Positions 20,067 to 30,187 of a DNA stretch of 61,214 nucleotides are shown piece by piece; position 1 is the first letter of the stretch, and every line of letters starts with the position of its first letter. Source of the stretch: Chloroflexota bacterium (GTDB lineage: Bacteria > Chloroflexota > Limnocylindria > QHBO01); the NCBI GenBank assembly GCA_039933775.1, contig JBDTNK010000004.1, forward strand, positions 1 to 61,214, in the 5' to 3' direction. Position numbers and translations under genes: made by a program. Below the pieces are notes generated by a model. That model worked only from the letters and a program-made list of their open reading frames with translations. It made no database searches and was not told where the DNA came from.

Positions 20067-20984
20067 TCATCGTTCCGCCATGAACCGGTCGAGGAATGCC
20101 AGGACGCGCCCCACGTAGGCCGCTCCGCCCTGGCGCCGCGCGTCGCCGTGCTCGGCGCCCTGGACGACGTACAGCTCCTTGGGCTCCCTGGCCGCGTCAT
20201 ACAGCCGGCGCGACTGCGTCCAGCTGGTGAGCCGATCCTCGCGGGGCGCGATGAGCAGCAGCCCGCGAGGGCTGATGGCGGCGACGCGGTCCACCGGCTG
20301 GGTGAGCTTGATGCGCGCGCGGAGCGCCGCGGCCGCCACGACCAGGCGTGACCCGATGCCGGCAAGCGGATATCCCAGCTCACGCATCCGGTTCTCGACC
20401 GGGTTGTGCAGCTCCGCGAAGGGTGCATCGGCCACGACCGCGGCCACCGGCAGATCGCCCGCGGCCATAATTCCGGCCGATGCGCCCATCGACAGGCCCA
20501 TCAGCGCGATCGGGCCGTAGCCGCGCGAGATCATGAATCGGACCGCGGCCGCCACGTCGCGCCGCTCGGCGGTTCCCAGGGTGATCGGCGCATCGCCGCT
20601 CTCACCGTGGCCGCGGAAGTCGAACTGCAGCACGTGATACCGCGGCTGGAGCCATGGCACGAATTCGGTCAGGTCCGGCATCCGGTTCCAGCTGAAGCCG
20701 TGCAGCAGCACCACGGCGGCCCGGGTGTCGCGTCCCGCCGCGATGAGCCAGCCCGCGATCGTGATGCCGTCCTCGGTCTCGAAGGCGACCGCTTCGTAGG
20801 CCAGGCCCAGGTCGGCCGGCGTCGATGGGCCGTCGTCGATCGCTTCGAGTGCCCGCCGGCCGGGGCGCACCAGGCGACGCGATCCCTCCACCGATACGAA
20901 GGCCACGTAGACCGCGGCGAGCATGCCGAGCACGCGGCCGATCCAGGTCGCGATGCTTCGGCGGCGGATGCGTCGCGCGGTCAT
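20067..20984 (-). CDS. membrane-anchored alpha/beta hydrolase
   Basis: VLLHG, FDFRGHGES, GLSMG nucleophile elbow, GAEH. Confidence 0.88.
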   Translation of the reverse strand: MTARRIRRRSIATWIGRVLGMLAAVYVAFVSVEGSRRLVRPGRRALEAIDDGPSTPADLGLAYEAVAFETEDGITIAGWLIAAGRDTRAAVVLLHGFSWNRMPDLTEFVPWLQPRYHVLQFDFRGHGESGDAPITLGTAERRDVAAAVRFMISRGYGPIALMGLSMGASAGIMAAGDLPVAAVVADAPFAELHNPVENRMRELGYPLAGIGSRLVVAAAALRARIKLTQPVDRVAAISPRGLLLIAPREDRLTSWTQSRRLYDAAREPKELYVVQGAEHGDARRQGGAAYVGRVLAFLDRFMAER

Positions 20985-21001
20985 GGGTTGCGAGGGCCGG
21001 G

Positions 21002-21919
21002 TCAGCCGCCCGTCGTGCCGCCCGCGGGTGGCGTGGTGCCCATCGCGCCGGCGAGTCGCTGATCGCGCATCAGGTTGCCGATCGGCCGCGTAAGCTCGGA
21101 AAGCTCCATCGGCACGATCCACTTCGTGCTCTCGCCCGCGGCGAGCGCCTTGAGGGTCTCGAGGTACTGCAGCGCCATCGTCTTGTCGTCGATCCCACTC
21201 GCGGCCCCGAAGATCGTGTGCAGCGCATTGGCATAGCCCTCGGCGCGCAGGATCTGGCTCTGGCGCTCGCCCTCGGCGCGCAGGATGTTGCTCTGCTTGT
21301 CGCCCTCGGCCACGTTGATCGTCGCCTGCCGCGTGCCCTCCGACTCGGTGATGTTGGCGCGGCGGTTGCGCTCTGCGCTCATCTGGCGGTTCATCGCCTC
21401 CTGGATGTCGCGCGGCGGAACGATCTCGCGGATCTCGACACTCGTGATCTTCACGCCCCAGCGCTCGGTGACCTCGTCGAGCTTGGCGCGCAGGATGTGG
21501 TTGATCTCCTCGCGCTTGGCCAGCACGTCGTCGAGCGGGATGTCGCCGATCACCGCGCGCAGGGTCGTCGCCGCCAGGGCCTGGGAGGCGCCGGTGAAAT
21601 CGGTCACCGCGGTGACGGTGACATCGGGCTGGAAGACCTTGCTGTAGACCAGGAAGTCGATACTGATCGGCGCGTTGTCCTTGGTGATGCAGGTCTGCTG
21701 CGGCACCTCGAGGAAGCGCTCGCGCAGGTCGACCTTGACCGCCTGCTGCACGAACGGGATGAGCAGCACGATGCCCGGACCCCGTGCGCCCTGCAATCGC
21801 CCGAAGAAGAAGACGACCAGGCGCTCGTACTCGAGCACGATGTGCACGGTCATGCTGATCAGCCAGAGCACGATCGCGACACCGATGACGATGGCGATGA
21901 GCGGGACGAGGTCATTCAT
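21002..21919 (-). CDS. SPFH/stomatin-like protein
   Basis: N-terminal TM, ITKDN, ATTLRAVIG, WGVKITSVEI, QMSAER; follows nfeD. Confidence 0.93.
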   Translation of the reverse strand: MNDLVPLIAIVIGVAIVLWLISMTVHIVLEYERLVVFFFGRLQGARGPGIVLLIPFVQQAVKVDLRERFLEVPQQTCITKDNAPISIDFLVYSKVFQPDVTVTAVTDFTGASQALAATTLRAVIGDIPLDDVLAKREEINHILRAKLDEVTERWGVKITSVEIREIVPPRDIQEAMNRQMSAERNRRANITESEGTRQATINVAEGDKQSNILRAEGERQSQILRAEGYANALHTIFGAASGIDDKTMALQYLETLKALAAGESTKWIVPMELSELTRPIGNLMRDQRLAGAMGTTPPAGGTTGG

Positions 21920-23336
21920 GGCTGGGGGCTTCCTCCGGTGCGACCGCCGAATCCGCGGCAAGTGGCTCGACGATGAGCTCGAGTCCGTCGATGCCCGTCA
22001 CGCGCACCGCGCTGCCCGGCGTGATGTCGTGCGTGCTGCGCGCCGACCAGGACTCGCCGCCAGCATAGGCGATCCCCGTCGGGGCGATGAGTGTCTGCGC
22101 TGTGCCGTGCATCCCCACCAGCGCCATGATCGGCTCACCCGTCGATCGACGCCGGTACGTGGCGACCGCCTCCCGTGCCACGAACAGGAAGAAGACCAGG
22201 GTCAGCGCCACGATGGCCGCGATGATCCAGGGGCTGACCGATACCTGGATCGAATCGCCGGGGGCCGGCGAGGTGTACAGCGCGAAGGCGCCGAGCACCA
22301 GGCACACGATGCCGCCGATGGTCAGCAGCCCGTAGCTCGCCACGGTCAGCTCCAGCGCCAGCAGCCCCAGCCCGCCCAGGATGAGCAGCAGGCCGCCGAG
22401 GTTCAGCGGCAGGCTGCTCGAGCCGATGAACGCCAGAACGATCGCGATGCCGCCGGCGATGCCGCTGAAGAAGTTGGGGTGGAACAGCTCGGCCACGATG
22501 CCGTAGAAGCCGATGGTGAACAGGATGAACGCGATGTTCGGGTCGCTGAGGGCGTGGAGGAACTGCTGCCCGATATTCATGGTCACGTCGCGGATCGGAA
22601 GATCGCCGAGCGGCGGTAATGACTCGCCACGGAAGCGGTACGGGTGCCCGTCGGACCGCTCTCCCGCGTCGATGGCCGCGAGCAGCGCCGTCTCGTCGTC
22701 CGCGAGCAGGTCCACGACCGGAGGCTCCATCGCCACCGCGTCCGTCGCGCTGATGCTCGCCGCCCGGCGTACTGCGGACTCGGCCCAGTCGGCGTTGCGC
22801 GCCTGGCGATCGGCCAGATCCCGGATGCGTGCCACTGCGTCGTTGGTGACCTTCTGCTCGAGGGTGGTCGGCAGGTCCTCGCCGGTGCTGCTGATGACCG
22901 ATGCCGCCCCGATGTTCGTCGACGGCGTCATGGCCGCCACATCGCCGGCGAGCGTGATGAAGGTTGCCGCCGAGCCAGCTCGCGCGCCCGCCGGGGTGAC
23001 GTAGGTGATGACCGGCACCGGCGAGGCCAGGATGGCCTTGATGATCGCGTCCATGCTCGCCAGGTCTCCGCCCGGCGAGTCGATCTCGATGATCGCCGCC
23101 GCTGCGCCGGACTCGCCTGCGTAACGCAGCCCCTCGTCGACGAAGGCAGCATTCATCTGGTCCACGACACCCGTGAGATGCAGCCGCGCGACGTGGTCGC
23201 CGGCGGCGGCCGTTGGCGCGACCAGCGCCAGGATGCCCAGCTGCAGGCAGATCGCGGCCAGCGCCCGGCGGATGACGCGACGCCGACCACCGACAATCGG
23301 GCCCGCCTCGCGCAGGGCGGAGCGTGACGGGAACAT
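21912..23336 (-). CDS. nfeD: long-form NfeD membrane protease
   Basis: IDSPGG, AGSAATFI, NIGAAS, K in EQKVTND, TM region, C-terminal OB fold (GESWSA). Confidence 0.9.
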   Translation of the reverse strand: MFPSRSALREAGPIVGGRRRVIRRALAAICLQLGILALVAPTAAAGDHVARLHLTGVVDQMNAAFVDEGLRYAGESGAAAAIIEIDSPGGDLASMDAIIKAILASPVPVITYVTPAGARAGSAATFITLAGDVAAMTPSTNIGAASVISSTGEDLPTTLEQKVTNDAVARIRDLADRQARNADWAESAVRRAASISATDAVAMEPPVVDLLADDETALLAAIDAGERSDGHPYRFRGESLPPLGDLPIRDVTMNIGQQFLHALSDPNIAFILFTIGFYGIVAELFHPNFFSGIAGGIAIVLAFIGSSSLPLNLGGLLLILGGLGLLALELTVASYGLLTIGGIVCLVLGAFALYTSPAPGDSIQVSVSPWIIAAIVALTLVFFLFVAREAVATYRRRSTGEPIMALVGMHGTAQTLIAPTGIAYAGGESWSARSTHDITPGSAVRVTGIDGLELIVEPLAADSAVAPEEAPSHE

Positions 23337-23379
23337 GTGGGGAGTATATCCGCGGCGGCTGATCCGCCGCGATCGTGCC

Positions 23380-23991
23380 TCAGTCAGCCCCGGGGACCAG
23401 GGCGCGCAGTCCGAGCGCATCGGCGACGAGCTGCGACCAGGTCTCGAGCCGGTCCCACGCCGCCATCAGCTCGCCCGATGCGGCAAAGGCGCCGACCAGC
23501 TTGTCATGCTCGCGCACCGCGACCGGCCGTCCGGCGGCCTGGACCTCGAACACCACGCCCAGGTGCACTGCGCCGACCGCATTCGAATCGTCATTCAGCA
23601 GCCCGCGAGGCTCGAAGTCAGGTTCCCAACCGGCATCGAGCTCTTCCGCCCACTCGCGCCGCAGACCGGCGAGCAGCGGGTCCTTGCCGGCATCGACCGG
23701 GTTGAGATGCCCGCCTACGCCGATGCTGGCCTTGCCATGCAGCCGCCAGTCGCCGCCCCCAGTCGTACGCTGCATGAGGAAGACGCGATCTCCGTCGCGC
23801 ACCACGACGTACGGAATCAGCTGCTTGAGGCCCGGGTCGTCCTCGGCGGCCGGCCGATCCACGTACCGGCCGTGTTCCGCAATGGCGACCTGCAGTTCGA
23901 CCAGATCCGCATCGGTCGCCTGTCGGATCCCGCTGAAGTCGCATCCGCCCGGCACGCGATCGCGCGGCAGGACGAGCACCTGCTCGGTCAT
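23380..23991 (-). CDS. NUDIX-fold phosphoesterase (YmaB-like)
   Basis: AEDDPGLKQLIPY, SIGVGGHLN, GLRREWAEEL, VGAVHLG, LETWS. Confidence 0.82.
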   Translation of the reverse strand: MTEQVLVLPRDRVPGGCDFSGIRQATDADLVELQVAIAEHGRYVDRPAAEDDPGLKQLIPYVVVRDGDRVFLMQRTTGGGDWRLHGKASIGVGGHLNPVDAGKDPLLAGLRREWAEELDAGWEPDFEPRGLLNDDSNAVGAVHLGVVFEVQAAGRPVAVREHDKLVGAFAASGELMAAWDRLETWSQLVADALGLRALVPGAD

Positions 23992-24251
23992 GGTTCCAGC
24001 CTAGCCGAGGGCTGCAAGGTCGCCTGCAAGGCGGCGCGCGTAATGTCCCAGTTCCGACCTTCTCTCCACGTGACCGCGGCGCTCCCCACCGCACCGCTCA
24101 CCGATGTCGGTGCAGCCCCGCACCGATCGCCGGTTGCACCGATGGTCATGGGGAGGGACCCGTACTACGGTACCGGTCGGAATCGAACATTCACTCTCGT
24201 AACCGCGGTCCCATCGCTGCCCTGCCGGATCCCGGATCGTTGGAATTCCAG

Positions 24252-24887
24252 GTGGATCCGTTGCCCAAATCACGCTCGTCGAGCCCACGACGACAACTTC
24301 CGCTTCTCCTTCGGCGTCGCCCGTCCCGCGGCCAATCGCTGGTCGAGTTCGCGCTGGTCCTCCCGATGCTCCTGATGCTATTCATCGGCGTTGCCGATTT
24401 CGGCCGTGTCTTCAGTACGGGCATTACGCTCGAAGCCTCAACGCGCAACGCCGCGGAGCGGGCTGCCCAGGAATACCTCCAGCTGAGGCGCGAACCCACG
24501 CCTCCGACCGCGGCGGAACTCGATGCTGTCCAGGCGACCGCGGCCGACAGTGTGTGTAGCGAGTCAGTGCTCCTCACATCAGGTGGCGGCTGTCCGCCCG
24601 TCGCAACGTGCATCCACGACAACGCATCGGAACTGGCCAATTACGGAGGCCGTTGCGGTGCAGGATCCGCGGCCGCTCCAATCGAATGCCAGAACATGCA
24701 CGCGGCGTGGCCGCTGACGGTTCCGATTGAGACGGGAACGCCGCCAGTCGAGCTGCCATGGGTGGAAGTACGCACCTGCTATCACTTCCAGACCACGATC
24801 ACTGTGGCCCTTCCACTCGGTACGGGCTTCAACGTCGGGGACGTGTGGCTGCAACGGGATCGGTCGTTCGTGGTCGGTGCGTACTGA
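24252..24887 (+). CDS. TadE-like pseudopilin
   Basis: SRGQSLVEFALVLP prepilin motif, RNAAERA; start uncertain (24252 or 24261). Confidence 0.88.
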   Translation: MDPLPKSRSSSPRRQLPLLLRRRPSRGQSLVEFALVLPMLLMLFIGVADFGRVFSTGITLEASTRNAAERAAQEYLQLRREPTPPTAAELDAVQATAADSVCSESVLLTSGGGCPPVATCIHDNASELANYGGRCGAGSAAAPIECQNMHAAWPLTVPIETGTPPVELPWVEVRTCYHFQTTITVALPLGTGFNVGDVWLQRDRSFVVGAY

Positions 24888-25612
24888 TGCTCTGCAGGGA
24901 CCGCTCGAAGCGCGGCCAGACAATGGTGGAGCTGGCTCTCGCCCTGCCGCTCTTCATCGTCGTCCTGTTCGGGGTGATCGTGTTCGGCATCACCATCTTC
25001 CTGCATCAGCAGGTGACGAACGCCGCGCGCGAGGGGGCTCGCTATGCCGCAATCCATAGCGCGACCGCGCAGTGTCCTACCGTTCCAACTCTCGATCCGA
25101 TGAGTGCGCCCCTGACCTATGTGCGGTGCGACCGACCTGACATGGGCTGGCCGAACATGACGGCAGCGGCACGAGAACGGCTGTTCGGGCTCAACAAAAC
25201 CGAGGTGCGGGTTGCTGCCTGCTGGTCGGGTTATCGCCAAGCGACCAATTGGGACGCTTGGGTGCCCGGCACGTACGACGTCGGCGGTACGGCAGTCGTG
25301 GTGAGTCCGGCCGACAGCGTCTTCACGCAGTGCGATATCGATGCTCAGGATCCCACTGACGACGGCCAAGTGGACCAGATCGGCTGTACCACCGGCCTCG
25401 CGACGACCGACGAGGCCAGCGCCATGTCGGAATCCAAGGAGAACCACACCGGCAACACCGTGACGGCATATGCGTGTTACGTGTGGAACCCACCGCTAGG
25501 CGGAATCGGGATTCCGATCCCGTGCAGCACCGGTTGGTGCTCGATGGAAATCATCCAGAAGACGCTCGTGCTGCGGGCGGTGGTAACGGAGGCGATCCAA
25601 CGCCAGCAATGA
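24887..25612 (+). CDS. TadE-like pseudopilin
   Basis: KRGQTMVELALALP, NAAREGARYA; TGATG coupling to previous gene. Confidence 0.9.
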   Translation: MLCRDRSKRGQTMVELALALPLFIVVLFGVIVFGITIFLHQQVTNAAREGARYAAIHSATAQCPTVPTLDPMSAPLTYVRCDRPDMGWPNMTAAARERLFGLNKTEVRVAACWSGYRQATNWDAWVPGTYDVGGTAVVVSPADSVFTQCDIDAQDPTDDGQVDQIGCTTGLATTDEASAMSESKENHTGNTVTAYACYVWNPPLGGIGIPIPCSTGWCSMEIIQKTLVLRAVVTEAIQRQQ

Positions 25613-27159
25613 AGAGCACTCACCGCTCTGACCGCGGACAAATCTTGTTGATCACCGGCGTGGCGATGTTCGTCCTGATCGGCATCGCCGCCTTGGTCGT
25701 CGACGTTGGAATGTCATGGATGCTCCGTCGCCAGGAACAGAACGCCGCGGACCCCGCCGCGATCGCCGCCGCCCGGCATCTGAAGAACGACGTGGGCGAC
25801 CCTGCATGGGATCAGGTGGGCGCCGAAGCCGATGCCTGCTTCTATGCCAAGCAAAACGGCTTCTTCCTGACCGACAACGTGACGTGTAAGGCAGCGCTAG
25901 ACGCGGACGACCTTCAGGTACACGCCCCGCCAATCTCGGGAAACTTCTCTGCTAGGCAGGGCTACGTCCAGGTCATCATCCGAGACCGCCATCCGGCGTT
26001 CTTCGGGAGAATCTTCGGCTCGTCGGAAGCGACGATTACGACGTCCGCTGTCGCCGCAAACACGGCGGGGAATGCCAACTCGAGCTCGCTCGTGGCGCTG
26101 CAGCCGGTCTGCTCGGGTGGATCTGCCGCCGATGTCGACGGCGGAGGGGTGGTCCGCATCTTTCCCGTCAACCCCGGCGACGAGGGCGGCTACGTGCATG
26201 TGAACTCCCCGTGTGGGACGTCAACGGATGATGTTTGCGCCAACGGCGCCGGATCCGCGGCCCTCTCGATCAGCGGAGTCCTTAAGGCGCCATTCGCGTA
26301 CGTGACAGGAACATGCACGTACAACGGGAGCGGGCCAAGCGGGCTGCAGTGCGAGCCCGCCTCTGCCACCGGATGTCTCGACGAGGATGCGATACCGCTT
26401 GGTGATCCACTGGTCGGACTGCCTGAACCGGTCCTCTCGGACTTCCCAAATGGAATGTGCCCCAATGGCAGCCCGTCCACGCCAAGTTCCACGACGCCAT
26501 GTGAGCTCAGCGACAAGGTGTGCCCGGCTGACCCGTCGGCCCCCTCGGTCGCTGTCTGTACGCTGGGGCCGGGCGTCTTCTACGGCGGCTGGGATGTCAA
26601 GAAGAAGGTGCACCTGCAACTCAAGCCAGGCATGTACATCCTTGCCGGCGGTGGGATCAAGCTGACAGGGACCGATGCATCCATTGAAGCCGTGTCAAAT
26701 CCGTCGGGCGTCGATGCGCGCGTGATGATCTTCAATACTGATGGCCCGGGATGCCCATCGATCGGGGCTCAATGCCAAGGCGACATCACATTCACGGCGC
26801 AACAGGCATTTCGGGCGAAGGCGTTGAACTCAGCGACATGCGGCATGGTGTCGCCACAGGCGTGCCCGTGGAAGGGCATCCTGCTCTGGCATGACGGGAC
26901 TGCCAGTAAGGCAAACGGGACGATCAAGCTTGGTGGTCAAGCAAGCACAGTCCTTGCGGGAACGATTTACGCGCCAAAAGCCGACGTTCAGATCGCCGGT
27001 GGCACCAGCACCACTGGGTGCACGACTGGACCGACTGCTGGATGCTTGGCGATTCAGATCATCAGCTACACATGGAGCATCACGGGCGGCGGCCTCATCG
27101 AGATGCCGTACGATCCCGCGGAGCTCTACCAGCTCGACCAACGCGGCTTGGTCGACTAA
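25609..27159 (+). CDS. TadG-like minor pilin/adhesin with Cys-rich C-terminal region
   Basis: DRGQILL...ALVVDVG...QNAADPAAIAAA Tad N-terminus; LKPGMY, GTIYAP; ATGA coupling. Confidence 0.85.
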   Translation: MKSTHRSDRGQILLITGVAMFVLIGIAALVVDVGMSWMLRRQEQNAADPAAIAAARHLKNDVGDPAWDQVGAEADACFYAKQNGFFLTDNVTCKAALDADDLQVHAPPISGNFSARQGYVQVIIRDRHPAFFGRIFGSSEATITTSAVAANTAGNANSSSLVALQPVCSGGSAADVDGGGVVRIFPVNPGDEGGYVHVNSPCGTSTDDVCANGAGSAALSISGVLKAPFAYVTGTCTYNGSGPSGLQCEPASATGCLDEDAIPLGDPLVGLPEPVLSDFPNGMCPNGSPSTPSSTTPCELSDKVCPADPSAPSVAVCTLGPGVFYGGWDVKKKVHLQLKPGMYILAGGGIKLTGTDASIEAVSNPSGVDARVMIFNTDGPGCPSIGAQCQGDITFTAQQAFRAKALNSATCGMVSPQACPWKGILLWHDGTASKANGTIKLGGQASTVLAGTIYAPKADVQIAGGTSTTGCTTGPTAGCLAIQIISYTWSITGGGLIEMPYDPAELYQLDQRGLVD

Positions 27160-27192
27160 CGCGGAAGCACCTGCCAAGCGGTGGGCGGCCGA

Positions 27193-27759
27193 CTACAACC
27201 GTCGTCTCAGCTCGACGCGGGTGAGCTTCTCGTACCGAGCCGGTCCGACGCCGACATGGCTTCGCATCAGCTCGATCGTCTGGACGGGTAGTTCGCCGGC
27301 CGGCGCGTGGTGGCTGATCAACCAATCAACTACTGACGTCGCGTTCGGCGCGCGCGCGAGCGTGATATGCGGCCGAAGCGCGCCCTCGTCCGCCAGCCGC
27401 AGGCCCGCCCGAACCGAGCGCGCGAGGGCGGCCAAGTGCCCGTCGTCGTAGACGCCATACCAGATCACCCGTGCGTATTCCGGCTTCGGGAAAGCGCCAA
27501 GGCCGCCCGTCAACAGTGAAAAGGCCGAATGGCCAGTGACGGCGTTCCGCACCGCCTCGGAGATCGACCCGACGTCGTCCGGGAGCGTCAGGCCGAGAAA
27601 GGCGAGCGTGACATGCCAGCTAACCGGCTCGCCCCAGCGGAGTTCGGTCGTGCTCGCGGTCGCCGCCTCGGCCTGCCATTCTGCGACGCGTGATGCAATG
27701 TCGCGTCGCAAGGCAGATGGCAGCGGGACCGCGACGAAGAGGCGCCACGGCTCGGGCAT
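27193..27759 (-). CDS. thpR: RNA 2',3'-cyclic phosphodiesterase (2H phosphoesterase)
   Basis: RLFVAV, two HxT motifs (WHVTLAF, PHITLAR), GLGAFP. Confidence 0.9.
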   Translation of the reverse strand: MPEPWRLFVAVPLPSALRRDIASRVAEWQAEAATASTTELRWGEPVSWHVTLAFLGLTLPDDVGSISEAVRNAVTGHSAFSLLTGGLGAFPKPEYARVIWYGVYDDGHLAALARSVRAGLRLADEGALRPHITLARAPNATSVVDWLISHHAPAGELPVQTIELMRSHVGVGPARYEKLTRVELRRRL

Positions 27760-27765
27760 GGAAGC

Positions 27766-28512
27766 TCAGGCGTGGCGGCCGTTGCGCGCGTCGATGATCG
27801 GGAGCAGCTCGTCGAGCGACGTGATGCGCCGCGCCCCGTCGGCGTCCGGCTGACGTCCCTCGCGATCGATCAGGACACCTTCGATCCCAACCGCCTGCGC
27901 TCCACGCACGTCCGCATCCATGTGATCGCCGACGTGGATGACCGATGCCGCCGGCACATCGGCCTGCGCGAGCGCGTGCTCGAAGATCCCGCGATGTGGC
28001 TTCTCATAGCCGACGCGAGCACTGGCCACGATGAAATCGAAGCGTGTCACTAGATCCAGGTCATGCAGTAGTTCGGGCAACCCCCACACCCAGTTCGAGA
28101 CGGCGCCAAGCGTGAGGCCGCGGGCACGCAGCGCATCCAGCGCCGGGAGCGCATCGGGATAGACGTGCCAGCGCTCGGCCTGGAGGAAGAGTCCCGAGAG
28201 GTAGCGAAAGAAGTCGTCGGGCAACGGATCCAGGCCGAGCTCCTCGATTGCGACCCGATCCACGGCGACGGCTCGGTCGTAGCTCGCCTGCTCGGTCGGT
28301 TCCCATCCGGCGTCGAAGCCGTAGCCACCATGGTGATACGCGCGGTGCAGCGCCTCGGCGAGGCGGCTGATCTCGATGTCGACCCCGAACTCGGCAAAGG
28401 CCGCGACGTAGATAGATTCCCACGAGGGTTCGGGCCTGATGACGGTGTGCCCGATATCGAGGAAGACGGCGCGCACCGGCGGTGCGACATGGATCGAAGA
28501 GGTGGGCGACAT
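27766..28512 (-). CDS. HAD-family hydrolase (REG-2-like)
   Basis: VFLDIGHT, VSNW, EKP..GIF, HVGDHMDAD. Confidence 0.9.
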   Translation of the reverse strand: MSPTSSIHVAPPVRAVFLDIGHTVIRPEPSWESIYVAAFAEFGVDIEISRLAEALHRAYHHGGYGFDAGWEPTEQASYDRAVAVDRVAIEELGLDPLPDDFFRYLSGLFLQAERWHVYPDALPALDALRARGLTLGAVSNWVWGLPELLHDLDLVTRFDFIVASARVGYEKPHRGIFEHALAQADVPAASVIHVGDHMDADVRGAQAVGIEGVLIDREGRQPDADGARRITSLDELLPIIDARNGRHA

Positions 28513-28548
28513 CGGTCCATACAGGGTACCGGGACCGAAGGCAATGCG

Positions 28549-28992
28549 TCAGGCGGCCGGCATGCCCATCGTTCGCAGGATCCCGTAGATCTCGGTGCGG
28601 TAGCGCAGTCCCGAGGAGTGACGGCTGAGCCAGCTGAGGTAGTCGGGATCGCGACGCGCCAGGTCGCGCAGCGTCCAGCCGGTGTAGCGACCGAAGGTCA
28701 ACTGTGAGCCGCCGGACTGGCTCGCCGGAGCCGGTACGCGCTGCGTCATCGAGGTCGGGACCGCGACACCGGCGATCACGGCGCGACGTGATCGGTCGTA
28801 CGCCCGGCGCGCGGCGTCGTCGCCCAGGACCGCCCACGCACGATTGAGCTCGGCCATGCGTCGCGCGACGTGCGTCGAGCCGGCGTGGTCAGGGTGATAT
28901 TTCTGCGCGAGCGCCCGATACGCGGCACGAATGACCTCCGGCTCGGCGCCGGAGGTCACCTGCAGAATCGAATACCAGTCGGGTGATGACAC
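28549..28992 (-). CDS. J-domain protein with C-terminal DUF3820-like domain
   Basis: DWYSILQV...AYRALAQKYHPD...LNRAWAVL...RRAYD; C-terminal LTFGRYTGWTL...DPDYLSWL. Confidence 0.85.
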   Translation of the reverse strand: MSSPDWYSILQVTSGAEPEVIRAAYRALAQKYHPDHAGSTHVARRMAELNRAWAVLGDDAARRAYDRSRRAVIAGVAVPTSMTQRVPAPASQSGGSQLTFGRYTGWTLRDLARRDPDYLSWLSRHSSGLRYRTEIYGILRTMGMPAA

Positions 28993-29001
28993 TCGGCCGG
29001 C

Positions 29002-30087
29002 CTAATCGTTGTAGAGCCGTTCCTCGATCAGCTTTTCGGCCGTGATCCGCCCCGTCGGATCGAAGCAGCTGTACTCGAAGAGCTTCTCGTACTCGAGGTC
29101 CACGTTATCCTGGCCGCCACGATTCTTCTCGATGCTCGCCACGACCCAGTCGCGATAGCGCTGCGCCTGGTACGGATTGAACTCGATATTGACCTTGGCC
29201 ACGATGTTGTACTTGTCGTTGAGGATCAGGATGATGTCGGACTCATAGTTGATGGCCGATGAGCCACGCAGGTGGTGGTTCCGCAGTCGCTTGGCCTTGA
29301 GCCCTTCGCGATCGGCGGCCACGATCGCCACGACCGGGACCGATTCGGCGAGGGCGATGTCCTTGAGGCCTGACACGATGCGCGTCACCTTCTCCGCCTC
29401 GTCCGACGGCTCGGGGATGACCGGCACCTTCTGCAGGTAATCCACGAACAGCACGAGGCGACGCTCGTCCTCCACGCCGCGATGCTCCTGCACGAGGGCG
29501 CGCATGTTGTCGATCGTGGAGTGCGTGGCGGTGCCGCGCATGAGGAACAGGTTCGATCCGTAGCGGGCGATGCGCTCGAGGCTGGGGCGCAGCCGCGGGT
29601 TCGCGCCAAGCTTGGCGCGGGTGCCGCTCTCCGCAGAGGCGGTGTAGGAGCTGACGACCTCTTTCTTGACGTCCTGGATCTTCACCGCGCCCGACTTCTG
29701 CGGCAGGTGGCTGAGCGCCGACTCCATGGCCACCATGCGCTGGATCAGGTACTCCTCGTCGTGCTCGAAGCACACGTAGAGCGCGGTTGCCTGGCCCGAT
29801 GCCGCCATGTTGCGCGCCATCTGCAGCGCCATGGTCGTCTTGCCCTGGCCCTGCGCGCCACCGATCAGCATCAGCTCACCGGGTCGCAGACCGCCGCCGA
29901 TCGTCTTGTCGAGCGGCACAAAACCCGTTGCGATCGGCACGAGGTCGTCGATGCTCCCGCGTGCGACGCGCTCATTGAGGCTGGTCAGCACATCGAGGGC
30001 GGAGCGTGGCGCCAGCGTCCCCTCGGCGACTTCCAGCTTCCAATCTGTCTCGAAAGGCTGCGATTCAGCGACCGGCTCGTCGATCAT
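29002..30087 (-). CDS. stand-alone DnaB-like C-terminal (RecA-fold) ATPase/helicase domain protein
   Basis: ATGFVPLDKTIGGGLRPGEL, GGAQGQGKTT, FVDYLQ, LRGSSAINYESD, KNRGG; no DnaB N-terminal domain. Confidence 0.85.
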   Translation of the reverse strand: MIDEPVAESQPFETDWKLEVAEGTLAPRSALDVLTSLNERVARGSIDDLVPIATGFVPLDKTIGGGLRPGELMLIGGAQGQGKTTMALQMARNMAASGQATALYVCFEHDEEYLIQRMVAMESALSHLPQKSGAVKIQDVKKEVVSSYTASAESGTRAKLGANPRLRPSLERIARYGSNLFLMRGTATHSTIDNMRALVQEHRGVEDERRLVLFVDYLQKVPVIPEPSDEAEKVTRIVSGLKDIALAESVPVVAIVAADREGLKAKRLRNHHLRGSSAINYESDIILILNDKYNIVAKVNIEFNPYQAQRYRDWVVASIEKNRGGQDNVDLEYEKLFEYSCFDPTGRITAEKLIEERLYND

Positions 30088-30187
30088 CAGTGTGGTGCGC
30101 TCCGTTGCTCACAGGTGCGATGGGCGTGTGACGTCAGGCAGGTGCCCAAACGCAACACGGCAGCGAGTATACGGCCCACTCTCGCAC

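Noticed and set aside
24004-24250. c-di-GMP riboswitch upstream of tadE
   Set aside because: No GEMM-I GGCAAA/GNRA architecture recognised; only short repeats
29002-30087. Replicative dnaB
   Set aside because: Lacks the N-terminal domain and deviates at conserved motifs
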